Below, one piece after another: positions 39,884 to 53,495 of a DNA stretch of 64,000 bases (its first letter is position 1; each line of letters begins with the position of its first letter). Below the pieces are notes generated by a model that did not search any database, was not told the origin of the DNA, and worked only from the letters and a program-made list of their open reading frames with translations. The stretch comes from Vicugna vicugna. Taxonomy: Eukaryota. The translations under genes and the position numbers were made by a program. Where the stretch lies: positions 2,813,779 through 2,877,778 of the forward strand of contig MU058718.1 in the NCBI GenBank assembly GCA_013265495.1, in the 5' to 3' direction.

Positions 39884-40540
39884 GAGAGAGTGACAAGGTT
39901 TATCACTGATGTAGAGGATTTTGCTGTTTGGATATTAAGGTGTGGAGATGGAGACAGGTATGTCACAGGGTCACACCTCTGTCCTACTGGTTACTCCTCT
40001 TCTGACTCAAGAGCTATATAAGCACAGGGAACTGTATTCAATATCTTGTAGTAACTTATGGTGAAAAAGAATATGAAACGAATATATGTATGTTCCCACA
40101 TGACTGAAGTATTGTGCTGCACACCAGAAATAGACACAACATTGTAAACTGACTATACTTCCATAAAAATATTTTTTTTTAAAAAAAGAGCTACATAGTC
40201 AACCGGAATCATCTTGACACCTGTCTTTGTGAAAATTCCCCATGTGAACGTAAAAATGAATATTTCAGAGGATGATTAAGTCTTTTAATTTGCAGTCATC
40301 TAACAGCTAGTCAGGGAACTTGAGAGACTCCTGCATAAAGTGACTTTGTTCCTCGGGATACAGCACCCCAGGTTGCAGAATGAGGTGACCACAACCTAAA
40401 TACAGATTTAATCTCAGAGCACAGCAGCATACATATTGTATTTAAGTTAAGAGTCTGCTTATAAATTAACAAACAATTCTACCAAACCTGATCTTTATTT
40501 TGCTCTGTAAATAAAAGATTGATAGTCCAAATTTTTAAAA
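39884..40540 (+). pseudogene. Retroposed non-repeat sequence (truncated retrocopy or orphan L1 3' transduction), parent unknown
   Basis: Flanked by aagagtatgacttctt (39868-39883) and aggaatatgatttctt (40541-40556), 13/16 identical; AATAAA at 40510-40515 and a short A run before the right repeat. Confidence 0.6.
40021..40185 (+). mobile_element. Short young L1 3' end nested in the retroposed insert
   Basis: agcacagggaactgtattcaatatcttgtag...ttgtaaactgactatacttc; TSD aagagcta(t/c)ata at 40009-40020 and 40186-40197. Confidence 0.92.
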
Positions 40541-41949
40541 AGGAATATGATTTCTTTAAAGACTACATATAAGAGACACATATGGTATTTGTCTTTCTGT
40601 GTCTGGCCTATTTCATGCAGCATAATGTCCAGCAGGTTCACCTATGTTGTCACAAATGACAGGAATTCCTTCTTTTTAAGGGCTGAATAATAACACTGAA
40701 TATATATATACATATAACATTTTCTTCATCCGTTCTTCCGTTGATGGATACTTAGGTTGTTCCTACATCTTAGCTATAGTGAAAAATGCTGCAATGAATA
40801 TGGGAGTGAAATATTTCTTCAGAATACTTACTTCATTTCCTTTGGATATATACCCAGACGTGGAATTCCTGGATGTTATAGTAGCTCTATTTTTAACGTT
40901 TTGAGGAACCCCCGCACTGATTTCCATAATAGCTGTGCCAATTTACATTCCCACCAGTAGTGTACAAATGTTCCCTTTTCTCGACATCCTCAGTACTTCT
41001 GTCTTGTTGTTAATAGCCATCCTAACAGACGTGAGGTATTTTAATTTGCATTTCCCTGCTGATTAGCTATATTGAGTACCTTCCATATACCTGTTGTCCA
41101 TTTGCGTTTCTTCTTTTGAGAAATGTCTATTCAGGTCCTTTAACCATTTTTCAATCAGGTTATTTGTTTTCTCACTTTGAGTTGAGTTCCTTATGTATTT
41201 TGGATATTAACTTCTTATCAGATACAGCTTGCAAATATTTTCTCCCATTTTGTAGGTTGTCTCTTCACTCTGTTGATTGTTTCCTTTGTTGTGCAGAAGC
41301 TTTTTAGTTTGATGCAATCCCACTTACCTATTTTTGCTTTCATTGCCTGTGCTTTTGGGGTCATATCCAAAAAAATCATTGGCTAGACCAATGTCAAGAA
41401 GTTTTCCTCCTGTGTTTTCTCCTAGTAGTTTTCTACTTCTAGGTCTTCCTTATGTTTGGGTCATTACTCCATTTTGAGTTGATTTTTGTATATGGTGTGA
41501 GATTTGGGTGCAATTTCCTTCTTCTGCATGTGGATATCCAGTTTTCCCAATACCATTTGTTGAAGAGATCATTCTTTCTCAACTGTATGTTCTTGACACC
41601 TTGTTAAAAATCAGTTGACTGTATAAGCATGGATTTATTTCTGTGCTCCCTATTCTGTTTCAGTCCAAATATCTGCTTTTATGCCTGAATCATACTGTTT
41701 TGAATACTATGGCTTTATAGTATATCTGGAAGCCATGGCATATAATTTGCCCTCCAAATTTGTTCTCCCATTTGTTGCCTCTAGCTTTGTTCTTTCTGCT
41801 CAGGATTGCTTTGGTTTGAGACAACAGATTAACATGAAGAAACACTTTGAGATTAAGTGTGAGTATGGATTGTAAGGGTGAGCTCGTGGTCACAGAAGCC
41901 CTTCTCAAGGAGCCGCACCCTGGATTACAGATATAATCTAGAGGTTGAA

Positions 41950-42140
41950 GAGTAAGGGCTCAGAGCCCAGGTTCAGGATCCAGCCATGTGAGTCTGGCCA
42001 AGTTACTGGATTCCTCTGTGCATCGATTTCTTCAGCTGTAAAATGGACAAGTTACATCTACCTCACAGGGTGGTTGTGAAAATTAAATGAAGATAAAATA
42101 CTGAGACTTACCATCTCATTAGTATCATCCAAGTGCTAAT
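41950..42140 (+). mobile_element. MIR SINE
   Basis: ctctgtgcatcgatttcttcagctgtaaaatgg...ctacctcacagggtggttgtgaaaattaaatga. Confidence 0.8.
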
Positions 42141-43391
42141 TATTAGCATTTTATGGGTTTGATGGGCAGAGAGGAAGGAGAAGCAACAATGTCAAAGGCT
42201 TATGGTAGAGGATGACATAAGCCATCTGTCATAGGACAAGAGAAATCAGCAGAGTGTTGGCACTGACACTCCCACTCTCCTTTTGGTCGCTTGACACTTG
42301 GAGCCAGAGAGCGTGGGAAACAGAAACAGAGGGGAACACAGGATTTACTCTAGTCAATCTCTTGCGTTCCCTTTGACATTTTCAAGAGGTTCCTTAGAGT
42401 TTGGGTGGTTTTTCAGCTCCTTTTCCCTCTAACTGCTCTTTATTTAAATGTTGCAAGGGGTGGAGCCTGGCAAGAGGACCTTCTGGTCATTTCCTCCTAA
42501 TCGGAAGTGATCTCAGCCACATTTGAACTCTCGAGGCACTTTGTTTGAACGACTTTCTTGTTTTAACCCTTGCCTTTTAGTATGTTTACTTTTGCACATC
42601 ATGCACCCCAGTGAACTCCAAGAAGGTTAAGGCTTTGTATTCTGCCCACAGTGCTTTACACAGAGTAGCTGCTATAATTGTTGAAATAAGGAAAAGGTAT
42701 TTGCTAGGATAAGTGATAAACCCACTACTTGGAAAAGAAGGTTCCAATCTTATATAGTGGAGGTCTTAAAATTTTCAGAATCCTGATCTTGAACAGGATT
42801 GCTGCTAAGTCCAGGAACTGGATGGATATGTTCAATTTGAAGGTAAAATGTGACTACTTGTTTTCATGTCAGATACCGGCATTGGGCAGACTTTTGAAGC
42901 CTCAGCCAACTTTGGGCAAGGAATGGAAGCCCCACACTGGTTTTCTCCCAAAGTCAGAGAGTTGTGAGCATAACTTGAAGGAAGGAATAGATATTTTAAG
43001 ATCAACTGCACTTTCAGCTGATGGTGCTAAGAAACGTTTTCACTGTACAATATTTAAAAAGCAACTCACCATCCATATTGCAGTTTAGAAAATATCACAG
43101 GAGGGGAAAATATCTAGATAAATGTTGGATTCAAATTCTCTTTTCCAGTGATATCACTGTATAAGAAATTCTTATCATTCAAAACGGAAGTTTAGAGAAG
43201 TAGTTGGATATTTCCTGCATTTAATTCACTCATTCCCACTGAGCCCCAGGCCAGTGGGGATTAATACATGAGAAGGCAGTAGATCCCACTGAAAGGATTT
43301 CAGAGAAATAAGAGGTACAAGGTAAATCCCATTAACAAAGCAGATTGTGGCCTATTTGTTAAATATCGTTTTGAGGCTGGAGGCTATAGAA

Positions 43392-44670
43392 CAGTGGTTT
43401 TCAATCCTGGTTGCACATTAGAGTCATTCTTTTTCACTCTTTGTTTTCATTTTTACTTTTTATTGAAATATGACATATGTTCAGTGAAGTGTGCAAATTT
43501 TAAGTGGAAAGCTTTATGAATTTTTACAAGAAGACCTACCCGTGCACAACATCAGATAGGATACAGAATACTTCTAGCACCCCAGAAGCTTCCCCAGGGG
43601 TAACTGCTCTTCTGAGGTCTATCACCATGGACAAATTTTGCCCACTCTTAAACTTCATATATAAATAAGACAATATATATACATATATATTATATATATA
43701 CTATATGATTCATCAATGTTGCTGCATGTATAGTTGCTACTTTCACATTATATGTAATGCATATTACATATATTATGTAGTATTCCCACATATGAATATA
43801 TCACAGCTTATTCATTCTACTGTTTGGCTTTTTTTCAGGGTGAAACAAATGGACCTGTTTATAATATGCATGGAATATCTCTTGAAGATATTCAACAATT
43901 GCTCTGGGAAGGAAAACACACAGTGACTACAGGGCAGGGATGAGACAGAATTTACTATCTATATATGATTCTTCATAGCTCTTGACTTTGTAAAATGTAT
44001 CTGCTACATATAATACATATAAATTAAATAATTAAACATTCCACTTAAAATTAAATCTTTCTTGTGTCTTGACTCTGGAAATTCATTCTACTATTGATAG
44101 ACATTTGGATTGTTTCCAGTTTTTGTCTATTATGCATAAGGCTTCTGTGAATAACCTTGCACATGTCTTTTGGTGCCACAGACACCAAATTCTCTTGGGC
44201 ATATTATCTAGGAGTGGAATTGCTGGGTCATAAGGAAAGCAAATATTTAGTTTTAGTAGTTACTGTCCAACATTTTTCAAGATGGCTATATTAATTTATA
44301 TTTCTCCCAGCAGTGTATGAGAGTTCCATTTCTCCATGTCTTCTCCAACAGCTGGTATTACCCAATTTTTAAAGTCATGGTTAGAGAGCATTATAAGATA
44401 CCATCCCCAGAGAGTCTTGTGTAATTCTTTTGGGGCAGGACTCATGCATTGGTACTTTTGGAAGTTCTCCCAGGTTATTCTATTGTGCAGCCAGGGCTGA
44501 GAACCAGCCACCAGAATGATGTCCTAACTTGGCTGGCTATCAGAATCAGCTGAACGACCTTAAAAGATATAGGCTCTTAGGTCCTATCAGATTTTCCAGA
44601 GGAGAACCTGTGATTTTAACTAGTTCCTGGAGGCGATTGGGTGTAACTAGCCCTAAGTTAGGCAACCACA
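43392..44670. mobile_element. MER5-type element split by antisense old L1 fragments, plus a second MER5-like copy
   Basis: cagtggttttcaatcctggttgcacattaga (43393) resumes near 44390 (...ctccccaggttattct...ctgagaacc); L1 motif ggagtggaattgctgggtcata lies between. Confidence 0.65.
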
Positions 44671-44789
44671 GATTTAAGACATGTTTATTAAAATTTTTAA
44701 CTACCTTTTTTCCAACTGAAAAAGACAAATACATAGCAAAAAGCAAACAAAAAATAAAAAACAGTTTACTTACATACAAAATGGAAAGT

Positions 44790-47038
44790 AATAAATACAA
44801 AAATCCTCAACAAAATATTAGCAAACAGAATCCAACAACATAGAAAAAAGATTATAGACACCATGATCAAGTTGGGTTCATCCCAGGGACACAAGGATGG
44901 TTCAACATATGCAAATAAATCAACACGATACACTTCATCATTTCATCAAGAGAAAGGACAAAAATCACATGATCATCTCAATACAAGCAGAAAAAGCATT
45001 TGATAAAATTCAACACCCATTTATGATAAAAACTCTAATCAAAGTTATAGAGGGAACATCTCAAGGCAAGAACATACAATGGAGTAAAGACAGTCTCTTC
45101 AGTAAACGGTGTTGGGAAAACGGGACAGCTGCATGTAAAACAATGAAGTTAGAACACTCCCCACACCATACACAAAAATAAACTCAAAATGGCTTAAAGA
45201 CTTAAACATTAAGACAAGACACTATAAACCTCTTAGAAGAAAACATATGCAAAACATTATCTGACATAAATCTCAGCAATGTTCTCTCAGGGCAGTCTAC
45301 CCATGTGGGAGCCCATGATTGGGTTAACAGATTGTAACAATCCCAGCCGCTTATCTCCTTAAAGAAGAGGTGCTTAGTAACTGCCTTGAGGTTTTAGCAA
45401 TGACCCAGGCCCCCAGCTATAAACTCTGGGCGGGCCTGCTGTTAGTCTTCTATCCCCAAAACAGCCTTGGGCTGGAATGGTAAAAAGCTGCAGACTCAGA
45501 GGTGAGAAGGCTGGTTAGCCAATGACAGGTAAGATGCCCTGAGGGGGCTACCTAAGACAGGCACAGCCTCCTGAGTCCAAGAAAAATCTTGTTAAGCAGC
45601 TGATTCTCATATGTTCTGCCCTGATAAGCTGAAAGGCTCAACACAATTATGATTCACCAAAAAGGGTCTTCTGACCTTGAGCCAAACACCAACAATAAAC
45701 AAAGCCTTTGTACTCTTTGTGATCCCACCCTGTCCTTCCCTAAATTCCTGCTTCGACTGTACTCAATAAATACGAGAGATTTGAGAGGCTCGTGGAGTTG
45801 GCTCCCGATTCCCTCTCGCTCTCTTGACTTTTCCCCAGAGTCCTGAGTAATTCATTCCATCTTGGTGGGACTTCTGCTGGCCAGAACCCACAACTGGTGA
45901 CAAACCCACATACCCAGGCAACAGAAATAAAAGCAAAAGTAAACAAATGGGACCTAATTAAACTAACAAACTTTTGCACAGCAAAGGAAACCATAAGCAA
46001 AACAAAAAAGACAACCTAAGGAATGAGAGAAAATATTTGCAAAAGATGAGACTGACAAGGGCTTAATTTCCAGAATATATAACTTAATAAGAAAAAAAAA
46101 AAAACTCAATTCAAAAATGGGCAGAAGACCTAAACAAGCAATTCTCCAATGAAGACATACAAATAGCCAATAGGCACATGAAAAAATGCTCAATATCGCT
46201 AATTATCAGAGAGATGCAAATCAAAACTACGATGAAGTATCATCTCACACCAGTCAGAATGGCCATCATTCAAAAGTCCACAAATGACAAATGCTGGAGA
46301 GGGTGTGGAGAAAAGGGAACCCTCCTACACTGTTGGTGGGAATGTAGTTTGGTGCAGCCATTATGAAAAACAGTATGGAGATTCCTCAAAAGATTTAAAA
46401 TAGACTCACATATGATCCAGCAATCCCACTCCTGGGCATATACACAGAGGAAACCTTAATTCAAAAAGGCACATGCATCCCAATGTTCATAGCAGCACTA
46501 TTTACAATAGCCAAGACATGGAAACAACCTAAATGTCCGTCGACAGAGGACTGGATAAAGAAGCTGTGGTATATTTATACAATGGAATACTACTCAGCCA
46601 TAAAAAATAATAAAATAATGCCATTTGCGGCATTATGGATAGACTTGGAGATTGTCATTCTAAGTGAAGTAAGGCAGAAAGAGAAAGAAAAATACCATAT
46701 TGATATCACTTATATGTGGACTCCTTAAAAAAAAGAGAGAGAGACAAACTTATTTACAAAACAGAAACATATTCACAGACAGAAAACAAATGTATGGTTA
46801 CAGAGTGGGGTGTGAGAAAGAATAAATTGGGAGTTCAAGATTTACAAATACTAACTACTATATATAAAACAGATAAACAACAAGTTTATGCTGTATAGCA
46901 CAGGGAACTATATTCAGTATCTTGTAGTAACTTATGGAGAAAAATATGAAAACGAATATGTGTATGTTCATGTATGTCTGAAGCATTTGGCTGTACACCA
47001 GAAATTGACACAACATTGTAAACTGACTACACTTCATA
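44790..47038 (+). mobile_element. Young L1 with internal ORF2 deletion and nested LTR
   Basis: RT-start peptide ([26 protein letters not shown]) is fused at about 45066 to post-RT sequence ([19 protein letters not shown]); C-terminal MFIAALFTIAKTWKQPKCP and 3' UTR follow. Confidence 0.95.
45304..45910 (+). mobile_element. Solo LTR, class II (ERVK/betaretrovirus-like)
   Basis: Inverted termini tgtggg...cccaca, perfect 6-bp TSD taccca (45298-45303, 45911-45916), internal AATAAA motifs. Confidence 0.88.
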
Positions 47039-47494
47039 ATACATATTACACCATATCCTATGTTTGAATTATAATGCTGCCCAGAATAGCAGATATTATC
47101 TCTACATCCCATGAAAGACCATTTATGGCTGTATTTTATGTTTTACAGTGACTAATGTGATTTACAAACAGAATACATAGCAGAAATTTCATGGGAAAGT
47201 GTTTTTTCCTTCCTTCTCCTTTCCTTCTCCTTTCCTTCTCTACTCTTCAGATGTCTAGGAATTAAATCCAAATAGCATGGAGTCTATATATCCCCTGGTT
47301 GGTACTGTCAGAAAGCAGCACCAGCTGTCAGAAGAGGAAAACAAAACCCAGCCTCCCCACAGGGCATCATGGGAATCCTAAGGGCAAGCGGCCTGAGAAG
47401 GACGAGAAGAGCCCCCGTCATGGAGCCCATTTTTGTATCTTCCTGTTAGTAGTGTCATAGTGTCATCTTTTCATCCCCTCCTTATCTTTCAAGT

Positions 47495-48320
47495 ATTTCT
47501 TTTGAAATATAATGTACATACGGGAGAGTGCACATACCGTAAGTGTGCAATCTGATAAAAATTTTAAACCTGATTATATCTACATGATTATTACCTAGAT
47601 TGAGACACTGACCATGACTAGGAACCGAAAATCCCCTTGAATTCCCTTTCAGTCTCTATACAAACCACACCCAACCAAGCATCATTCTAGTAATTTCTAA
47701 GAGCAAAGATTACTTTTACCAATTTTTATCATTAAAATAAATGAAATCATACAGGATGTACTTATTTGTGTCTGGTGTTTGCCACCCAACATTATATTTG
47801 TAGATTCATTTACGTCGTTGTGTATTGGTTGGTAGATTCCTCGCTCTTCTTGCCATGTGGTATTACAGTGTACAAATATACCACACTACCCATCCTCATG
47901 TTGACGAACATTTGCGCAGTTTACCTTTGGGGACTACTCCGAATAGTGCTATTATAAACATTTTTGTAAGTGTCTTTTGGTGAACATATGTAACACATTC
48001 GTGCATTGCTGCTGGCTCCTAGGAGTGGAACTTTTGGGTTAGAAATAAGCATATGTTTAACCTTAGCATATAATGCCAAACAGTCTTCCAGAGTGGCTGT
48101 GCCAACTTACACACCCCTCAGTAATGTCAAAGAGTTCCATTTGCTCCACGTTATCACCAACACTTGATATTTTCCATCTTTTTTAGTCATACTTGTGGGT
48201 GTATTGTGTTATTACACTGTAGTTTCAATTTGCATTTTCCTTATGACGAATGTAACTGAACATCTTTTCAGATATTGCTTGGCCACTTAGATATCATCTT
48301 TTATGAAATGTCAATTCCCT
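47495..48320 (-). mobile_element. Old L1M 3' region
   Basis: aaatgaaatcatacaggatgtactt...gccaaacagtcttccagagtggctgtgccaacttacac...tttcaatttgcatttt. Confidence 0.85.
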
Positions 48321-48754
48321 ATCCTTTATTTTTAAAATCTTATGGTGTTTTCTTCTCTGTTCCTTTTTATTTCCTTGCTGTGTAAAGACTTCATCTTTCC
48401 GTCTGTTCTGACCCTAGGGAATCTTGATAACATTTGAATTTTTAGGGTAGCAGTCTTTCATTTTATTTTTGAGCCTGTGCTCAAAATAAGCACAGTATTT
48501 TATTAATGAGTATTTTATTTTATTTTAATGATAAATTGTTGGGGTGCTAAAGATATAAAACAAAGGACTTTTTTTCTTCAGAAACTTAAAATTTAGAAGC
48601 ATAACCTACTAGGCAAAGGAAGTCCTGCTCAAAAGGTTTTCTTTTTGTCAGATAGATTAATTTAAAATGTGATAAAATGGATATAAAGTTTTTTTTAGTG
48701 AAATCCATACAAGATTACAGAATACAAGGTTATTTTCTTACTCAGAAAGCTTAT

Positions 48755-49170
48755 ATAGAATCATAGACTCATTAACACAGAGAACAGGTTAGTGGGTGCC
48801 AGAAGCAGGGGGTGGGGAGGAGAAATAGATAAAGGGGGTCAAAAGGGATAAATCTCCAGTTAAAAGATAAATCACTTCTAGGGATATAAAGTACAGCATG
48901 GTGACTAGTTAACAACACTGTATTTGAAATATTTGAAGTGTCTATTTGAAAGTTGCTAAGGGAGTAGATCTTAAAAGTCATCATCACAAGAAAAAAATGT
49001 AACTGTGCGGTGACAGATGTTAATCACACTTACTACGGCGATCATTTCACAATGTATAGATATATTGAATCACTACATTTCATAATGCATACATCTATTG
49101 AATCCCTGTACATCTTCAGCTAATACAATCCTAATGCCAGTTACATCTCAACTTAAAAAAAAAGCAAGAA
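48755..49170 (+). mobile_element. L1MA-type 3' end
   Basis: gaaagttgctaagggagtagatcttaaaagt...gatcatttcacaatgtata...atctcaacttaaaaaaaaa. Confidence 0.85.
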
Positions 49171-49904
49171 AAGAAAATCCCTCATGAAAATATGACAGAT
49201 TTTTAAATTGTCAGAATATTTGTTTTTACTTACTTAATTTTTAATTCAATAAAAGCTTCAAAATTACTTAGTGAACACTTTCATTTAAAAAGGGAAACAA
49301 AGCTGTCACCCTTCCCCTGCCCACATTACAGCCCAGTGAGAAAAAGCACTGAGGTCAGGCCAAAATCATAAAAACAAAAACTTTCAATTAATTAATAATT
49401 GCTGGTATGTTTCCATTTAAATATCCTTGCCTCATTATCTCTGGTTGCTTTTCAGACCGTTAGGTCACTAAAGTCTGCTCTGGGACAAAGGTTATTCCCC
49501 AGAAGTCAGGGGGAAAATTAGTGATTAAGGATATAAGTTAATTAATACAATCGTTCTGGCTTAATTATTTAAAGTCCAGTTTTCTTCCTCCAGCACACCT
49601 GAAAAAACACCATCCCCTAGCTATCAGAATTATACCAAGATCTGTAATTTTTCATGATAAATTCGTAGCTCTCATATACACAAAGGGAAGAATAGAACTC
49701 TGAAGGCAATTCACACAGAAATCTCTGTGTCAACGCACCCCTCAAATTCTGCATACACACACCCCTGCATATTTTTAAAAGATGGCCTCTCTAATATTAA
49801 CAATGGGATTTTTGTTTCCAACTGGGCAATTTTAATCATTCTTTTAAGACATCTTTACCTAAAGAACAATCATTTTTTAACCATACTCTCTTTGAATACT
49901 GTGT

Positions 49905-50500
49905 GTTTTTTTTTACCATTTTAACAATTTTTAAGGTATAACTCAGTGTCATTAAGGACATTCATATTGTTGTGCAACCATCACCATCATCAATCTCCAG
50001 AATCATCTTCCTGAACTTAAACTCTCTTCCCTTTAAATACTCACTCCCTAACACCTCCTTCGCTCAGCATTCCACTTTGTCTTTATGAATCTGACTACCC
50101 TAAGAAACTCATATAAGTGGAATCATACAGTATTTGTCCTTTTGTAGCTGGCTTAATTCACTTAGCATAATGTCTTCAAGGTTCCTCCCTACTGCAGCCT
50201 GTGTCAGAATTTCCTTCCTTTTTTTAGGCTGAAGAATATTCCATTGTATGTACGGATCACATTTTAAAATCCATTCATCTGTTGACATTTAGATTGCTTC
50301 CACATATTGGCTATTGTGAATAATGTTGCTCTGCACATGGGTGTACAAATACTGTTTGAATCCCTGCTTTCACTTCTTTTGAAAGAAGTGAATAAAATCC
50401 CAGAAGTGGAATTGGTGGATCCTAGGTAATTCTACGTTTATTTTTTGAGGAACTGCCACAGAGGCTGCACCATTTTACATCCCCACCAGTAATGCCCAAG
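49905..50500 (-). mobile_element. L1MB-type 3' end
   Basis: cattcatattgttgtgcaaccatcacc...catataagtggaatcatacagtatttgtcctttt...tttgaggaactgccac. Confidence 0.9.
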
Positions 50501-50571
50501 GTGAACACTGTATTTCAAATCCATCAAATCTGAATACCTTTTGTACAGATCACAAGACCTCAAGACCAGCA

Positions 50572-50573
<2 letters not shown>

Positions 50574-50604
<31 letters not shown>

Positions 50605-50644
50605 TTATCTATCTATCGATCTATCTATCTATCTATCTATCTAC
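50574..50644. repeat. Compound tetranucleotide microsatellite (TGTC)n(TATC)n
   Basis: Directly visible tandem units. Confidence 0.97.
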
Positions 50645-51519
50645 AAAGGTATTTAGAATGAAAACATTAATTTGCAACTAGTGGAAGCACCCTGAATGGG
50701 ATGTTCCTAGCTGGGCTCTCTCTTGCTGTGTCTCTTACTCTTGCGAGAGGCAGGTCAGTAGGGGCAGAAATCTCATCCCTCCAACTCTGTAGCCAGAGGG
50801 ACACGTCCTGGTGACACACCTAATTAGCCTAAGTGACAGAGATCTGGTCTCTTCCAGAGGGCTTTTCTGCAGGCTTGTAACTATCTTCTAGAGGTGGTCC
50901 CTGAACAGCACTGCCCAGAATGGCTTTTTATTTGCAATTTACTTCATCTTTGACAATCTAGTTGATTTCTCCTGGTTTTCCCCCTCTAGTCTTCTAATCA
51001 ATATAATCATTTGTCTTTTAGTATTTTGGCTAATACTTGTCCAAGAATTTGTCCAGTGGGTTTCCTTGTACCCAGATCGTCCACACCCCAGGCAGGAAGT
51101 TGCTTTCTGAAAAACTTCCAGAAGGTGATCTGCATTTTGATCAGTATTTTGTTAGTTGTAATTATTGTGACCTTTGGAAGGGCAAGAAGGTTTTTTATAC
51201 CTGAACTGTCTGGGCTGACAGACTTGCTCATGTTCAAGTCAGTTCATGGAGAACTGACTTTTGTCACTGCCTTTGGGGAGAGGTGGAGGTGGGGCAGAGG
51301 TTCTATCAGGGGAGGGAGTGGCTCTCTGGAGCTGAGCCCCCGTATTTATTTGTACTATTAGAACCTGAGTATTTTTCTATGGATCCTTCTCTAGCTTCCC
51401 CTTTGCTTTCTGAAAAGTCCTCTTCCAAATACAGCTGTGGATTCTGAGCTGGATCCCCCTTCCTCACAGCCCTTGAATGGTGGGAGAGCCTGGAGCTCTC
51501 AGACCTGCTCTACTCAAGT

Positions 51520-52690
51520 TCATTCCCTAGGAGATTCCTACCAGTCTCCAGCATTAAAGAAACCTGTAGACTGATAACACTCCAGTGTGTGTCTCCAATC
51601 TTGTCCTCATCCTAAAACTCTACATTTGTTGATCCAACTGCTATATAGTATCTCAAATTGGATGTCTGAGAAGAATGTGGCACTGAACATATCTGAAATC
51701 AAACTCTTTATCTTTCCCACCCAAGTAAATGTTCACCTTCTCTCTTTCCTAGTCCAGTAAATGGCTCCATCATTTATCCTGTAGCTTAGGCTAAAATTCT
51801 TACTGTAATCTTTGACTCCTCACTCTCAACTGTTACATCTGATTTAATCTGCAAATCCTGCCACTCTACCTTTAAAATACAGCCTTAAAGCCAACCCTCC
51901 TCACCTCCTCCACTGCTGACAACCTTCCCTGGTCACCACCAGCTCCTTCCTGGGTTCCTGCAATGGCTTCCTAACTGGTCACTCTCCTTCCATCCTTGCC
52001 CCTCTACAGCCTAATCTCCATCGGGTCCCCAACATTCGATCTTTTAAAAATGTTAGTCATATCCTGTCACTTCTGTTCTCGTACTTCTAAGGACTTCTCA
52101 TTTTATTCCCAGCATGTCTACTGCCATCTTTGGTCCATTTCCCTTTTTGTAAGACTCATGTCTTTGTCATGACCTGTAGGTCATATAAGGCCCTAGGTGA
52201 TCTGTCTCCGTCTCTGGCTGCCAGTCTCATCTTATCTCTTACTGTTTTTTGCCCATACACCTCTGTTGCACCCACACTGGGCTTCTGGATGTGCCTCACA
52301 CATCCAGCACTCCCACCTCAAAATCTTGTAACTTGCTTTCCCTCAAGTCTGGAACACTCTTCCCACGGTTCTTAGGTGCCTTATTCCCTCATTGTGTTCT
52401 AGGTCTCTGCTCCTAGGCCAGCTTCCCTGGCCTTTTCTCACAGCCTTGGGTAGAATCTCACGCTCCATATGCACCATATGAAATCGCCACCCTCGTAGGT
52501 CAAAAATGGTAGAATAATATCAACTTCAATTGGTTCAATGTACACAGAAAAATTATTGTACTTACCTGTCATCCTTTATTCATTTACAGGCTTATTGTTT
52601 ATTTATTGGCTTATTGTCTTTCTACCCTGGGAGTATAAGTTATCTGGAAGGCAGCAACTTGGACTGTTCACCTCTAGACAGTATCTGAAA
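51520..52690 (+). mobile_element. L2 LINE fragment
   Basis: gtaaatggctccatcattt...ctttgactcctc...gcaaatcctgccactctacctttaaaa...ggcttcctaactggtc. Confidence 0.8.
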
Positions 52691-53495
52691 CAAAGAGGTG
52701 TTTGCACATCACGCACTGTACACTTCTTCCCTCTTCTGCCCTTTGATTCGTTAAGCTCATTAAACTGCTCTCTGTGCAATCACACTGTCATTTTTGGAGG
52801 CCACTCCCTCTCACTCCTTATCACGAGCCACACGCATATCCTCAGAATTTCAGTTTTGAGATCCTGCCATTCCTCTTCTACTGTTTTCTCTTTCTGATTG
52901 TCTGGTAACAGAATTAGACTGCACTTTCCTCTGAGTTTCTGAGAGCTGTGTACTCTCATTTAGGGTTCATATCAGAGCCTCTCCAGAATTGCTTTTCTTG
53001 GGCATTTTAATCCCCTGTGTGAAAGACACACCCTGATTCCCAGCCCCCGAGGCTCCTGCACTGCTTCAATAACCACTTCTTCCCAGGAGGCCAGAATTAA
53101 ATCTAGGAGAAAAGTTCCTTTTGTTTCTTCCTCTTCCTCTGCAAAATGAAATTATCAGCAAGACAAGGTAAAAAATATACCATATGTTCTGCTTTTATAC
53201 AAATGAGATTTCCAGTTGAAATTCAGAGGGCTGGGAAGTTCCCATTACTGCTATGACTTGCAAATGTGTCAATTCTGCGATCTTTTTAGGAACATATTAA
53301 TCAGAGCTCCATCTCACTTAGCAGAGGCTATTATGTTCACTTATGGCATGCCAGGTGCTTTCCAAACCATTTAACAGTGGGTAGCATCTTTAATCATCAA
53401 GATGACAATGTTTAGGACTTTCCCCCCAAAAGGTACCCAAGGTCTGTAATTTGATTCCTAACTACACTTCGCTCAAAGTGATTTTTGAGTGTCAT

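Larger units (their letters stand above)
39490..41815 (-). mobile_element. L1MA-type L1 (3' end and ORF2 part), split by a later insertion at 39884-40540
   Basis: 3' UTR at 39490-39883 continues at about 40557 (catataagagacacatatggtatttgtctttctgtgtctggc) into antisense ORF2. Confidence 0.9.

Noticed and set aside
42729..43088. 119-aa ORF with an internal AG...AAG|GTAAAA exon-like piece
   Set aside because: Unrecognised peptide, weak splice signals, no neighbouring exons.
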